From: Octopus sinensis
Taxonomy: Eukaryota
Assembly (NCBI RefSeq): GCF_006345805.1
Contig: NC_043001.1
Location: 3,286,001 to 3,350,000 of the forward strand
DNA length: 64,000 bases
Reading direction: 5' to 3'
The notes under the pieces were generated by a model. That model was not told the DNA's origin and did no database searches. It saw only the letters and a program-made list of their open reading frames with translations. The translations under genes were made by a program, and so were the position numbers. Positions 1 through 11,650 of the stretch are shown here, piece after piece (positions within the stretch are counted from its first letter, which is position 1; the number at the start of each line of letters is the position of its first letter).

Positions 1-2093
1 TGATTTGTTGTGATGCTCTGATGGTTATTGTATGGAAAGGGTTCTGCGTAGGATGTGTGCAGTGCCTAGTAGTGCAATTTTCCGTATGTTATATGTGTTT
101 GTAAGTCCTGGTGTTTTTGTTATGTATTTGTCTGAATATTTTTTTATCATGCCTAATGCACCTACTATGATTGGAATTGTTTCTGCTTTCAGATTCCACA
201 TTCTAGTTACCTCTATTTCCAGGTCTTTGTATTTTGAGAGTTTCTCCATTTCTTTTAGAGACACGTTGTCATCTGCCGGTACTGATACATCAATTAGAAA
301 GCATTTTTTTCTTCATGGTCTCTGACAACTATATCTGGTCTGTTGGCCTTAATTTCTCTATCTGTGTGTATCGGCATATCCCAGAGTATGGTTGCTTTCT
401 CATTTTCTGTGACCTTTTCTGGTGTGTGCCTATACCATCTTTTTTCTGTTGTTATTCCATAATGTTGGCATAGCTTCCAATGTATGTAGGTTCCAACTCT
501 GTCATGTCTGTGAATATATTCCTTCTTAGCCAGGACTGGGCAGCTAGAGATAATATGATTTATGTTTCTTGTCCATCTCCACATATTCTGCAGTTACTTG
601 TAATATTTCTTTTCATTACATGTTTTTGGTAATTTCTGGTGGGGAGGCTTTTGTCTTGTGCTGCAATTAAAAATCCCTCTGTTTCTGCTTTGAGTCCTGA
701 GCTTCTCAACCATTGCTGGGATTTTTCTTTGTCTATTTCTTTTGCGTTTAGTTTAGTGCAGTATTTACCATGAAGGGGCTTTTCTTGCCATCGTTTTATC
801 ATGGTTCGTTGCTGTTCTATTTTTAGTTTGGATTTCATTTTTTTTATAGCTTTTGTTGTTTCTTCATCTTTTTCTTGTTCTTCTTCATGTTTATTAGGTG
901 GTATGATTTCTTGTTTGTATTTGTCAGCTTCCTTAAATACTGAGAACAGTTTTTTGTTTTGCTCGTGTTTTGCCGCTATCTGAATCAGTTTTCTGAAGTA
1001 GATATTTTTGCAGTCCTATGGTGGTTATTTTATAGTAGTTTTCCAGCTGTATAAGGCCTCTACCACCTTCTATACGTTGTATATATAGTCTTTCTATGTC
1101 AGATTTTGGGTGATGCATCCTAGATCCTGTCATTATTTTTCTTGTTTTCCTGTCTATTTTGGTCAGTTCATTTCGTGTCCAGTTAAGGATATTGTAGCTG
1201 TAACTTATAACTGGGACAGCTAAAGTGTTGATACCTATTATCTTGTTTTTAGCATTGAGCTCTGTGTTTAGTATTGATCTAACTCGTCTATAATATTCTT
1301 TTTTATTATTTTTTTTATTTTCTCTTTCATTTGTGTGTGTTGTGTCTTATCTAGTTCATGGATTCCTAAGTATTTGTAAGTTTGGCTTTGGTCTAATTCT
1401 TTTATTTCATTTGCTTCACCTAGTGTGATGTTGTTACTCTTAACTAGTTTTCCTCTTTTCATGGTTACTTTGGCGCATTTTTCTAATCCAAATTTCATAT
1501 CTATTTCTTTGGTAAATCCATGAACTGTCTTTAATAGTGTTTCCAGCTGTTTGTCATTTGCAGCGTATAGTTTTAGGTCATCCATATATAAAAGGTGGCT
1601 GATCGTTTTGCCGTAACATTTATATCCGCATCCAGTTCTATTTAGCATATCAGATAGAGGTGACAATGCCAAGCAGAAAAGGAGTGGAGAGAGCGTATCT
1701 CCCTGGAATATTCCTCTTCTAATGGGGATGTCTTTGGTTTTCATGAGTCCCTCTTTTGTTTGGAGGTGTAGGACTGTTTGCCATTTATTCATAGAGTGCT
1801 CTATGAATTTTATGATTGTTGGTGCTACTTTGTTAATGGCTAGTGTTTCGAGGATCCATGTGTGGGGGATGCTATCAAACGCCTTTTTGTAGTCAAGTTT
1901 GGAGGTGTAGGACTGTTTGCCATTTATTCATAGAGTGCTCAATGAATTTTATGATTGTTGGTGCTACTTTGTTAATGGCTAGTGTTTCGAGGATCCATGT
2001 GTGGGGGATGCTATCAAACGCCTTTTTGTAGTCAATCAAACGCCTTTTTGTAGTCAATCAAACGCCTTTTTGTAGTCAATCAAACGCCTTTTT

Positions 2094-2096
<3 letters not shown>
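1..2096 (-). mobile_element. 5'-truncated, frameshifted R4/Dong-clade non-LTR retrotransposon (RT plus restriction-like endonuclease)
   Basis: ORF pieces in the expected order: RT motifs DYKKAFD (about 1895-1875), RGIFQGDTLSPLLF and HLLYMDDLKLY (1268-1792); MHHPKSDIERLY..GGRGL (933-1133); LHGKY..CRICG..ET zinc knuckle (560-838); ANRPDIVV PD-(D/E)xK region (294-584); C-terminus LGTAHILRRTL* (25-264). The 5' end abuts an (AAT)n tract; the 3' UTR runs off the window edge. Confidence 0.92.
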
Positions 2097-2145
<49 letters not shown>

Positions 2146-2171
2146 CATTGTTATTGTTATTATTATTATTA

Positions 2172-2209
<38 letters not shown>

Positions 2210-2265
2210 ATTATTATTATCATCATCATCATCATCGTCGTCGTCGTCGTCGTCATCATCATCAC
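2095..2265. repeat. Compound (TAT)n/(CAT)n/(CGT)n microsatellite
   Basis: Seen directly; it produces the poly-Y and poly-I ORFs. Confidence 0.98.
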
Positions 2266-2639
2266 CAAATTACAAAGAGTTTCAGCCAAGATCAATTCCT
2301 TAATTTTTGTTTTTATCATGTAAAATGAAAGACAAGGTTATCAAAAGTGTCCTTCGTTGTTAAGGTAATAGGATATCATATATAGATTTGACTGCAATTT
2401 TTAGCAGATTGAGCACAAACATGGAGGTTCTCTTGTAATCTTGATATTACATTGAAAAAAATATGATCAGTTCTTATATTTCATTTGCAAGATTCTTGAT
2501 GTGAATTTGTGTGATAAAACAAATTTTGTCTTGGGTGGGTCAGTACGCCAATAATAACAACACATGGACTTGTTCAATATCACTTTTTTTATTGTTAGTC
2601 AATTGTTTAAATATCTAACCAACTAATAAATCGATTGTT

Positions 2640-3250
2640 TGTTTAAGGATCGAAATAATTTCATGGCAACAATGTTTAAGGATACCTTCTGCATGACGAA
2701 CATATAGTTCGATGGGGCCTTGAGTCAAAATTGATTTCAGTTAAAATCAAGTTATGGTTGACTACACCACGTACGTTACTTAACCATTAATGCAACAATT
2801 TAGTCTGTTAGCAAAATGGTAAGGAGAAAAATCCACTGGGAAATATTTCGTATACAAAACTTATGTATTTTAGAGTCACACATGTGTAATTTAGTGAGTT
2901 GAAATACAAAGAACTGAGATCATTTGACAAAAAAGTACACAAAAATCCTTCTAGGAGTTTTTATAATCTAAAACAAAAATCCAATAAACAAGGGAGTTAA
3001 ATCCAATAAGATCAAATGGTTGAAATTTTTTGACAATGTAGGCAATACTTATTGCAAGGGATGATGTCCTACTTATTATGTTACTAAAGTAAGAAATACG
3101 AAACAGATATGAAATAAAGAGACGTGGCACTGCACATCATACCACCAATTCGCTGCTATTCTGAAAATAGGTATTGATATTTTTCTCTCATGTCTCAATA
3201 TTTGCTAAAAATCCAATGGAAAATGTTTCAAAAAATACCTGTAAAATAAA
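2640..3250 (+). mobile_element. Possible heavily decayed hAT-type transposase fossil
   Basis: Only short motif echoes in stop-ridden frames (FDGALS, SHMCNLV, ETWH) resembling the hAT motifs YDGASN, AHxLNL and TRW. Confidence 0.2.
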
Positions 3251-4714
3251 TATATTCATATTATTGCCACGAATCCGTTCAAAAGAAGTTTATCAAGGAT
3301 ATTAGCCAGCCTACATTGGGTCACAAGAACAACATTCATAGATTTAAGACACACAAATATGAGAACATTCCTTGATCTACAAAAATATCAACAATTTTCG
3401 TTTTACAAACTTGATTGACATTTTCTAATAATTTCTTTGAAACTGTCTCAAAATTTACTCAGCATGATAAGCAAAACTCATAAAATGTGGTAAGATTGTG
3501 TTGGCTGTAATAACGGATGAAGCTCTGTCATTCCAAACTAAACACAGCTTCAACGAAATGAAAAGTGTTCCTGAAGGCTGTAAAATGAAATTTGCTCAGC
3601 ATGAGTTAGCAATCATCATCTTTGAGAAAGATGCATAGAAAAATCAGTGTCCAAAATAACTAAGAAAGCACTGCCAATAGCCATAAGGAAATCCTTGATT
3701 TCAAAATAAATGGGAAAAATATTACAAAATCGTGAAGGAAAATATTATTGCTGTTGTTGTGGTTGAAACCATAGATCAACTTTGACCAAGTAGACTAAAG
3801 CTATAGTAGTAGTAGTAGTAGTAACTTTTGCTGCTGTTATTGTAGTCATATGTGGTGAATTTGGCAGAGACATTGTTGCATCTGGTAGAATGAAGTAGAT
3901 TAGTTTCACCTCTCTGCTATCTGAGTTCCAATCCCACCAGGGTCAACTTTACTTTCCACAAGTTCTGGGTCAATAAAAGAAGAAAAAACCCATGGCTGTA
4001 GACCAGTCGAATGGTCAGAGCATCTAATTAGATCTCTTGCATCATCCATTTTGACCTTTTATTTTCTCATGGCAACAATTCCATTGCCAAGCTGTATCAG
4101 CCCTGCCCCACCTTCGGACAATATGGAAAGAATGAGACATTTTGCTGGTTTTACACATCAGAACCTTGCAAAGGATTACATTTTGGGGGAAAATTTCCCA
4201 CTTGCAGATTCATCTCTCGTGAGACTTCCAGAAGGCTTAGAAGGACCCTGTTTCAATCCTTCTAAACCAAATCTCTAGCGAAAGAGGTTCAGGCCCTGAC
4301 AATCTGATATATTTTCAAAGATGGAGCTTATTTTTGACTACACTTCTTCCTTTTGCCTTCTTCCATTTTATATGTGTAAATGGTGTCTCAGGAAGTGGGG
4401 AATACTGCTGTTATTTCTAGCAAGTCATACAACTGGGAAATGGCTCTGTCATGGTTGCTCTTGAGTAAATTACTGGCTGTTGGATTATGAAGCTCACTTT
4501 CCAGGCACATGGTTTCAGGTTCAGTCCCACAGCATGGCGCCTCCCTTGTTCATGAGTCCCTGATTTTAGCCCCAAGCTGATTTCCTACTTTTGTACCTTA
4601 CGAGTGAAATTGATAGAAAATGTACGGAACTTTATTGAATGTGTGCGTGCGCATGTGTGTGGTGTAGGGAGAAGTGTACCCATTCCAGCATGGTCAACGG
4701 AAGTTACATGATGG

Positions 4715-4858
4715 CGTTCAGTTTCCGTCTACTGAATCCACTCACAAGGCTTTGGTGAGATCATGGCTACAGTAGAAGGCACTTGCCTAAATTGCCACGC
4801 AGTGGGACTGAACCCGGAACCATGTGGTTGTGTAGCAAGCTTCTTACCACACAGCCAC
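4715..4858 (-). mobile_element. tRNA-derived CORE-like SINE, 5' half
   Basis: Minus strand reads gtggctgtgtggtaagaagcttgc..ggttccgggttcagtcccactgcgtggc..ggcaagtgcc, with A box, B box and a CORE-like motif; same family as 24316-24720. Confidence 0.85.
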
Positions 4859-4929
4859 CAAATAGGTATGCATTCAAAGTGCCCTAACCGATATTTCTCT
4901 GATGACAGAATACCCAGCTTATAGATTCT

Positions 4930-5165
4930 TCTCGCGATACAATGATCCAGTAGCTGGGATATCCTAGAAATATCAGTCAGAGACCATCTTTACCAATCAC
5001 CCTCGAGTCACAAACCCCAGAGATTTCTGAGACTCAGGTTGGCTATTGTTTCGTTCTCTGTTTATCCATCTGCTTTAAGACCCTTCCCCAATAGGTGGAA
5101 GTTCCCAGCCATACAGCAACTGAGATTTATGCCTTGCAACACTTGTCTAATTGGCTTTGCTTTTT
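4930..5165 (+). mobile_element. Probable DIRS-like retrotransposon RT fossil
   Basis: Across frameshifts: LLAIQ*SSSW..DHLYQSP..QRFLRLR, FRSLFIHL and QHLSNWL, matching the order and spacing of the DIRS motifs GDW..DLKDAYFQIP..RFLRF, FRALCFGL and RYLDDWL. Confidence 0.35.
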
Positions 5166-5375
5166 ATGCCATAATGGAGTATGACCCGAGGAGGGTTTTG
5201 TGGTACTGGAGGGTCTTCAAAACGATACATGCTGTTCCTATTAGACACATAGTGGCTGAGTACAACAGGTCAAAGATCAACATCAATACTAATATAAGTA
5301 CAAACCTTTGTATTTCATCTGCCCCTTTATTGTGGCACCCCAGTCTGCGAGCAGTGAGCACCAGTTCTCAAGTCT

Positions 5376-5610
5376 TTATTGCCTACAAGGGGCTAAACAT
5401 AGAGGGGACACACAAGGACAGACAAAGGGATTAAGTCGATTACATCGACTCTAGTGCGTAACTGGTACTTAATTTATCGACCCTGAAAGGATGAAAGGCA
5501 AAGTCGACCTTGGTGGAATTTGAACTCAGAACATAACGGCAGACAAAATACCGCTAAGCATTTCGCCCGGTGTGCTAGTGTTTCTGCCATCTCGCCGCCA
5601 GTTCTGCCAG
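5376..5610 (-). mobile_element. tRNA-derived SINE with Meta-domain-like core
   Basis: Minus strand has gagttcaaattcc (B box), then gtcgactttgcctttcatcctttc(a/g)gggtcgataaattaagtaccag, and a tail ending aataaaga; many copies in the window. Confidence 0.88.
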
Positions 5611-5868
5611 TCACTTTACCTTCTTCTCAGTCTTGTTTTACAAACAAACGTTCACACAAACAACAACAACACAGACGCTCATATACATAGAGACGGGGAC
5701 ACCTTCTTATATTCATACATGCCAACACACCCGCCCATAACACTCACATACATGTGTACAAGTATATGCATGTGTGTGTGTGTGTGTGAGTGTGTACATA
5801 GATTGATAGACAGACAGATGAATGGATGAACAGGCGGATGGATAGAAAGACAGACAAGCAATCTTGAG

Positions 5869-6069
5869 CATTATTTACATTAATTATATTATTTACATTT
5901 GACGGATATTTGTCCTCATCTTGTTTGTTGTTAACATGTTTTGGTTGATATACCCTCCAGCCTTCATCAGGTATGTTGGGGAAATTTCGAACCCACAGGC
6001 ATATGGCGTAGTGGTTAAGAATGTAGACTACTAACCCCAAGATTCCAAGTTCGATTCCAGGCAGTGACT

Positions 6070-6116
<47 letters not shown>

Positions 6117-6386
6117 TAATAATAATAATAAAACAGAAACAATTCCTATCATAGTAGGTGCATTAGGCATGATAAAAAAAATATTCAGACAAATACATAA
6201 CAAAAACACCAGGACTTACAAACACATATAACATACAGAAAATTGGACTACTAGGCACTGCACACATCCTACGCAGAACACTTTCCATACAATAACCATC
6301 AGAGCATCACAGCACATACTTAAGGCCCACAGAGCTGCGCTCGGTAGTGAAGTGAAAGCACGCTATAAAAATAAAACTACTGAATG

Positions 6387-6423
<37 letters not shown>

Positions 6424-6478
6424 CAACAACATAAACAAAAATACCTTAGGAATGAAAACTCAGGTTCAAAATTTCCTC
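5869..6478 (+). mobile_element. tRNA-Arg-like SINE with hammerhead (copy 1); inverted 3' segment upstream, interrupted by a Dong insertion
   Basis: Head 5999-6073 (tggcgtagtgg A box; aagttcgattcc B box), (AAT)n, body resumes 6433-6478. The inverted body and tail at 5869-5995 contain a decayed hammerhead on the minus strand. Confidence 0.85.
6131..6386 (+). mobile_element. Short 5'-truncated R4/Dong copy with complete 3' UTR, inside (AAT)n
   Basis: Near-identical to the reverse complement of about 1-190 (ETIPIIVGALGM..LGTAHILRRTL), plus the 3' UTR; (AAT)n on both sides. Confidence 0.93.
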
Positions 6479-6659
6479 ACAAAAGTATTTGAAGCCTAAC
6501 TAAAAAGGGTGAACAGCCAAGCAGAAGTGCTCAAACATTGTTGGTAGAACTTGGTCCTTTGCAAAGCCATTTCAAATGACATTGGCACAAGCTCAGCCTT
6601 GTGAACAAACACTGTTGAGAAGTTGTTGCTCCTAAAATGACCAATGACCAGGCTTAAGG

Positions 6660-7280
6660 ACATGGACATTTTACAAACAGCTGCTAGCAAATCGTTCAGA
6701 GGCCCATTTTTTTGGTGTCAAATTGTAAATTGGGAATGAAAAATGGATTTAGTTTTGTAATCCTTGAAGAAATTAGTGGTTATGTTCGGACCAGGTTTCA
6801 GAACCTCTTCTGAAACAAAGACGGTCTGAACAGAAGGTCACATTGTGTATTGGGTAGAATTTTGAAAGTGTGCTGCAATGCTGTGATCACTAACCTTTAT
6901 GCTCCACAACAGCAGGAAGTATATGATGCTTTGAAGTCCTGCTACCTGGCTGGGTCAATTGAAAATTGCACTCCTACAACATGACAAAGCTCCAGCACAC
7001 CTTGTCAATGTGACCAAGTGCACACTTGATAGACTCAAGGGGCTGGAAGTGCTGCATCACCTGGCCAACAGACCAGGCCTTCTTCCATCAGGTTACCAAC
7101 TTCTCCAAGACAGACCTCAATTCCTGCATGGACAGAGGTTCAACGATACGGATGAGGTTGAAATAGGTGCAGGAATTTGTATGCATCCTAACTGGCCAAA
7201 TTCTACAAGTGTGGAATAGTTCTTCTGGCACAACGATGGCAACAGACAAAATATCATGCGCTAAATTTTGATGAATAAAC
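6660..7280 (+). mobile_element. Decayed mariner transposase
   Basis: GNEKWI (GDEKW-like, about 6732), LLQHDKAPAH (HDNARPH-like), and LHHLANRPGLLPSGYQL (HPPYSPDLAPSDYHL-like). Confidence 0.85.
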
Positions 7281-7351
7281 ATTTTCTGTCTGTAATTTGT
7301 CTAAACTCTTAATTAAAGCTTGGAATTTGAAAATGCTTTTGACTCAATTTA

Positions 7352-7355
7352 CTAG

Positions 7356-7386
<31 letters not shown>

Positions 7387-7399
7387 TCCATCGATAGAT

Positions 7400-7439
<40 letters not shown>

Positions 7440-7475
7440 GCATCAATATGGGCATGCATACCTGCGAAACTTATG

Positions 7476-7523
<48 letters not shown>

Positions 7524-7642
7524 ACGTACATGCATGTATATATGCATATATGTATACATATGTGTGTATCTTACTGACTATCGTTCTATGTAAAAAAAAA
7601 AAACCTGCATATATACACACTTATATACATTTACTCATAGAA

Positions 7643-7682
<40 letters not shown>

Positions 7683-7690
7683 CATGCTTA
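7352..7690. repeat. (GATA)n/(CA)n/(TA)n compound microsatellites
   Basis: Seen directly. Confidence 0.95.
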
Positions 7691-8149
7691 CACAAAACAT
7701 ACATAAACATAACTTAATAGAAACACACTAAAAACGAAAAACATATCAAAGAATAAAAAGAAAGAAAAACAACGAAATTTCTAAGGAATCAAAGAACTTC
7801 GCAAGTCATTAAGAGAAGTGTTCAGTCAGACTGGAATTATTTCACGCTTGGCTGAATTCTATTTGATTTCTTAATAGTTGCAAAATTCAGAGCAGCTTAT
7901 ATCACAAAACAGCACACAGCATTATCCATTTCTCCCAGATTTAACACTGATGTAAGTTCCGTCAAGTATATTACATCAACTTGGCTAAACTACAAGAGAG
8001 AGATGTATTCCTTGGACAGCTTGCTATCCGTTCTTCAAGTCTTCTAGCATTTATTTCATAGTGTCATCAAATCTTTACCATCTCAATGTGATTTTCGCTT
8101 GAATAAAATTTTCAGTGTCTATTTTATGTGATGGCATGAAAAGTATACG

Positions 8150-8359
8150 AGCGTTTGTGTGAGCATGTGTGTGCCTGTGTGTGCATGTGTGTGTATACGA
8201 GTGCTTATGTTTGTATGTGGTTGTTAGGTGTTAATGTAAATGTTTTGTGTATAAGGATACACATATCGGAGATGTGTATGCATATGTTTGGTTGTATTTA
8301 TATATGTATTTATATTTATCTGCACACATATATATATATATATATTATATATATATATA

Positions 8360-8404
<45 letters not shown>

Positions 8405-8660
8405 ATATATATATATGTATATAAATATCTATGTATATAAATATATGTGTGTGTATATATATATATATATGTATAAATGTATATGTATATATCTACACAT
8501 ACACATGTACACACACATATATATGTATGTATATGCTTTCACTTCTACAGCAGATATTTACATACACGCACTCAAAGATATACATATGTCAGTACATTAA
8601 GTGTATATGCATTTAGTGAGCTGGAGTGTGTGCAAATCATTGATATCTATATATGAGCAT
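8150..8660. repeat. (TG)n/(TA)n degenerate microsatellite block
   Basis: Seen directly; source of the YIYI ORFs. Confidence 0.95.
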
Positions 8661-8739
8661 ACATGTATGAGTATACCTAAGTGTGTACCTTGATACTCAA
8701 CATTTTTTGACCAGGAGAAGACCTTGGATAGGGTCTCTT

Positions 8740-9195
8740 TCTTTCTCATGTAATGAACAGTAAGGAAGCTAGGGGTATATGAATGGCAACTGAGGGCTAT
8801 ATAAGCTATGTACGTGGATGCAGGCAGCTAAGTGAGTGTTAAGATGTATGTAGCAGGCTTGTTGTGGGGGGGCATCAAAAGTTGGTCCATACTTCCTCCT
8901 GATTATTATAGTCATCCAAACCATAACAGAGGCGGTTAAGACTGGCTGTCCATAGGAACTCATGTTTGCTGACAACCTTGTTCTTAAAAGTAAATCGGTA
9001 AAAAATCTGGAGAGGTTAAAGGTGTGGAAATATAACCTGGAATTGCAGGAAATCAAAGTAAAATTAGCCAAGGCTAAAGTTATAATAAATAGATTAGAAG
9101 ACAGGACTATGATGCCATCAGGAAAATGGCCATGCTCAATATGAGGGAAAAAGGTGTGGGTAAGAACTCCACTAAGTGTGCTCAGTGTAAATAAT
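8740..9195 (+). mobile_element. Decayed RTE-clade LINE RT fragment
   Basis: KTGCP*ELMFADNLVL..WKYNLELQEIKVKLAKAKV..SGKWPCSI, an RTE RT domain 5-7 signature (YADD-like). Confidence 0.85.
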
Positions 9196-9370
9196 CCCTT
9201 CCTGTTATAGAGCATAAGGCCTGAAATTTTTGTGGGAGGAAATAATCAAGTACATTGAACCCAGCACACAGGAACAGAAAGTCAGACAAAACTATTCTGC
9301 CAGTTCAGTGTAACTAATGGATACCTAAGAGATGTCATAGGATCAGAAGCAGTTTAGCAAAAAAGGTAAC

Positions 9371-9407
<37 letters not shown>

Positions 9408-10405
9408 CATATATACATATATATATACATACATACATACACACACATTCACTCATGCACACACATGCATCTTATAATAATTCTGCTTGTCACTGCGTTA
9501 ATTAGCCTGTCGGTAACACTATCACATGATTAGAGTAAAAGAGGGAGGGAGAGAGAAAAGTCCATGACGTGACGTAGAGAGAATGTAATTGCAACATTTT
9601 CATGTGATTAGTTGATGGGGAAAGAGAGGAGAAAGGAAAAGGAGCGAGAAAAAAAGGATAAGATGAAGACTGAGACAGAAAGAGGGAGAGAGAAGCGTCA
9701 ATGATGTAAGGTAGGGAGAAGAGGATATTTAATATGAGATTAAAAATATTAGTTGAAGTTAGAAGAGGAGAGTTGAAACTATAATTTTAGCAGAGGGGTG
9801 ATGTTCCGATGATGTGGTTTTAAAATGTGAGAGAGAGAGAGGGGGAGAGAGATGCGGGGAGAGGGAGAATGGCGAGAGAGGAAAGAGAGAGAGGGGGAAA
9901 GAGAGATGATAGTGGGGGTGGGGTGGTAGTGGTAATAGTGGTGGTGATGGAAATGGTGAGATGATTATTAGATAGTAAAATGTATTTTTAAAAAACTGAA
10001 CTGAATTTTTTTGTATCACCTATCACTTGACGCATGTGCTTAAGTGCAATTCTGTGAAATATCCATGCTTATTTGCATGGGAGATATATGCAGTTTAATT
10101 AAAGGTTATATCATATGTACAGGATTTTTTTTTGTTTATGGGAAGAATAGAAAAATGAGAGCTAATATTTATTTTATGAGTGCTGTGAATTAAGTCTAAA
10201 AAATTGTGGATAAAGTTTATAAAGTGTATATATATATAAAGTGCATTAAGTAATCATCGTATTTCTATTTCTTTCACTTTTCAAAGAGAAGCAGATGAGC
10301 GACCATCTTTACATACAGACTCAGCACAGGCTATGCTTTCAGGTTTTTTGGTTAGAATTTAACCCAATAAGTTTACTATTCCTTGAAATATTCATGGGTA
10401 CTGCT

Positions 10406-10449
<44 letters not shown>

Positions 10450-10560
10450 TGTGACCGTAACAGACCAGGGTATCAGATGTTGCTACACATCGCTGGTCAC
10501 AATGCGCTTTGCACTGTTTTAGCCTTCAAATGACGCCACCCCGCTGGCTAAGTGAGCAGG

Positions 10561-10606
<46 letters not shown>

Positions 10607-10608
10607 AT

Positions 10609-10678
<70 letters not shown>

Positions 10679-10796
10679 GGATAGATAGATAGATAGATAG
10701 ATATATCATCATTGTTTAATGTCCACATTCCATACTGGCAAGGGTAGGATGGTTTGACAAGAGCCAGCTATATGTATGCATGTACATATACGTGTA

Positions 10797-10827
<31 letters not shown>

Positions 10828-11171
10828 GTTTGACTACATATATATGTGTACGGATATTACATACACACACTTAACACACACACAGACATATGGACATGCT
10901 TGTTATTACGAATGGATTTTGGCAGGACAGTGTTAAGAAGTTTTCTTCCTAACCATTGACCTCAAGTTCAATTCCAATACACAGCACCTTGAGCAAATCT
11001 CTTCTGCTACAAGTGTGTCATGACCAAAGCCCTACAAGTGGATTTGGTTCATCAAAACTGAATGAAGCTCATCATATGTATGTATGTGTGTGTGTGTGTA
11101 TACTTGTATGCATATGTATGTGTGTATGTGTGTATGAGTGTATGCTCAATTGTGCTTGCTTGTTTTAACAT

Positions 11172-11650
11172 GGTATCATCATCATCATTATCATTATTTA
11201 ACCTCCACTTTCCATGCAGGCATAGGTTCAATGGTTTGACTTATGATCTGTTTTAGTTTGGTCTCTATGGCTGGATGCCATTCCTAATGTCAACCACTCT
11301 GAGAGTGTGGAGGGTGTTTTTTACTTGCCACTGGCACAGGTGCCATTGAGTTGACACCAGCATTGTCTATGGCTACAGTTCACTTGGCTGGACAGGTCTA
11401 CAGAAGCATGGTACATCACCAACACTGTTTGTGGTGTGTGTCTTAGTTGTAAATGATTGGCACACAAGCAGTACCATTCATTTCTAATCTTCCACAAAAA
11501 CATGTCTGGCCATGGGGATGCATTACCTTCTTTGAAGAAGGTGAGGAGGGTTGGGTAACTGGGAGGGCATCCAGCTGCAGAAAACCGTTCTCCATAAACT
11601 TTGTCGGACTCATGCTGACATCAGAATGCGGATGTTAAAACAATGATGCT
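11172..11650. mobile_element. Two old RTE 3' UTR remnants in opposite orientation
   Basis: ctggatgccattcctaatgtcaaccactc (minus-oriented copy) and gggcatccagctgcagaaaacc..gcggatgttaaa (plus-oriented copy). Confidence 0.7.

Noticed and set aside
5999-6073. tRNA-like sequences with A and B boxes here and in other SINE heads
   Set aside because: They lack a proper acceptor stem and continue into repeat bodies; these are SINE heads, not tRNA genes.
7780-8130. Possible second GIY-YIG fragment (ARRLEERI..) and a hammerhead-like remnant on the minus strand
   Set aside because: Similarity is limited to a few residues, and the ribozyme core and stems cannot be drawn.
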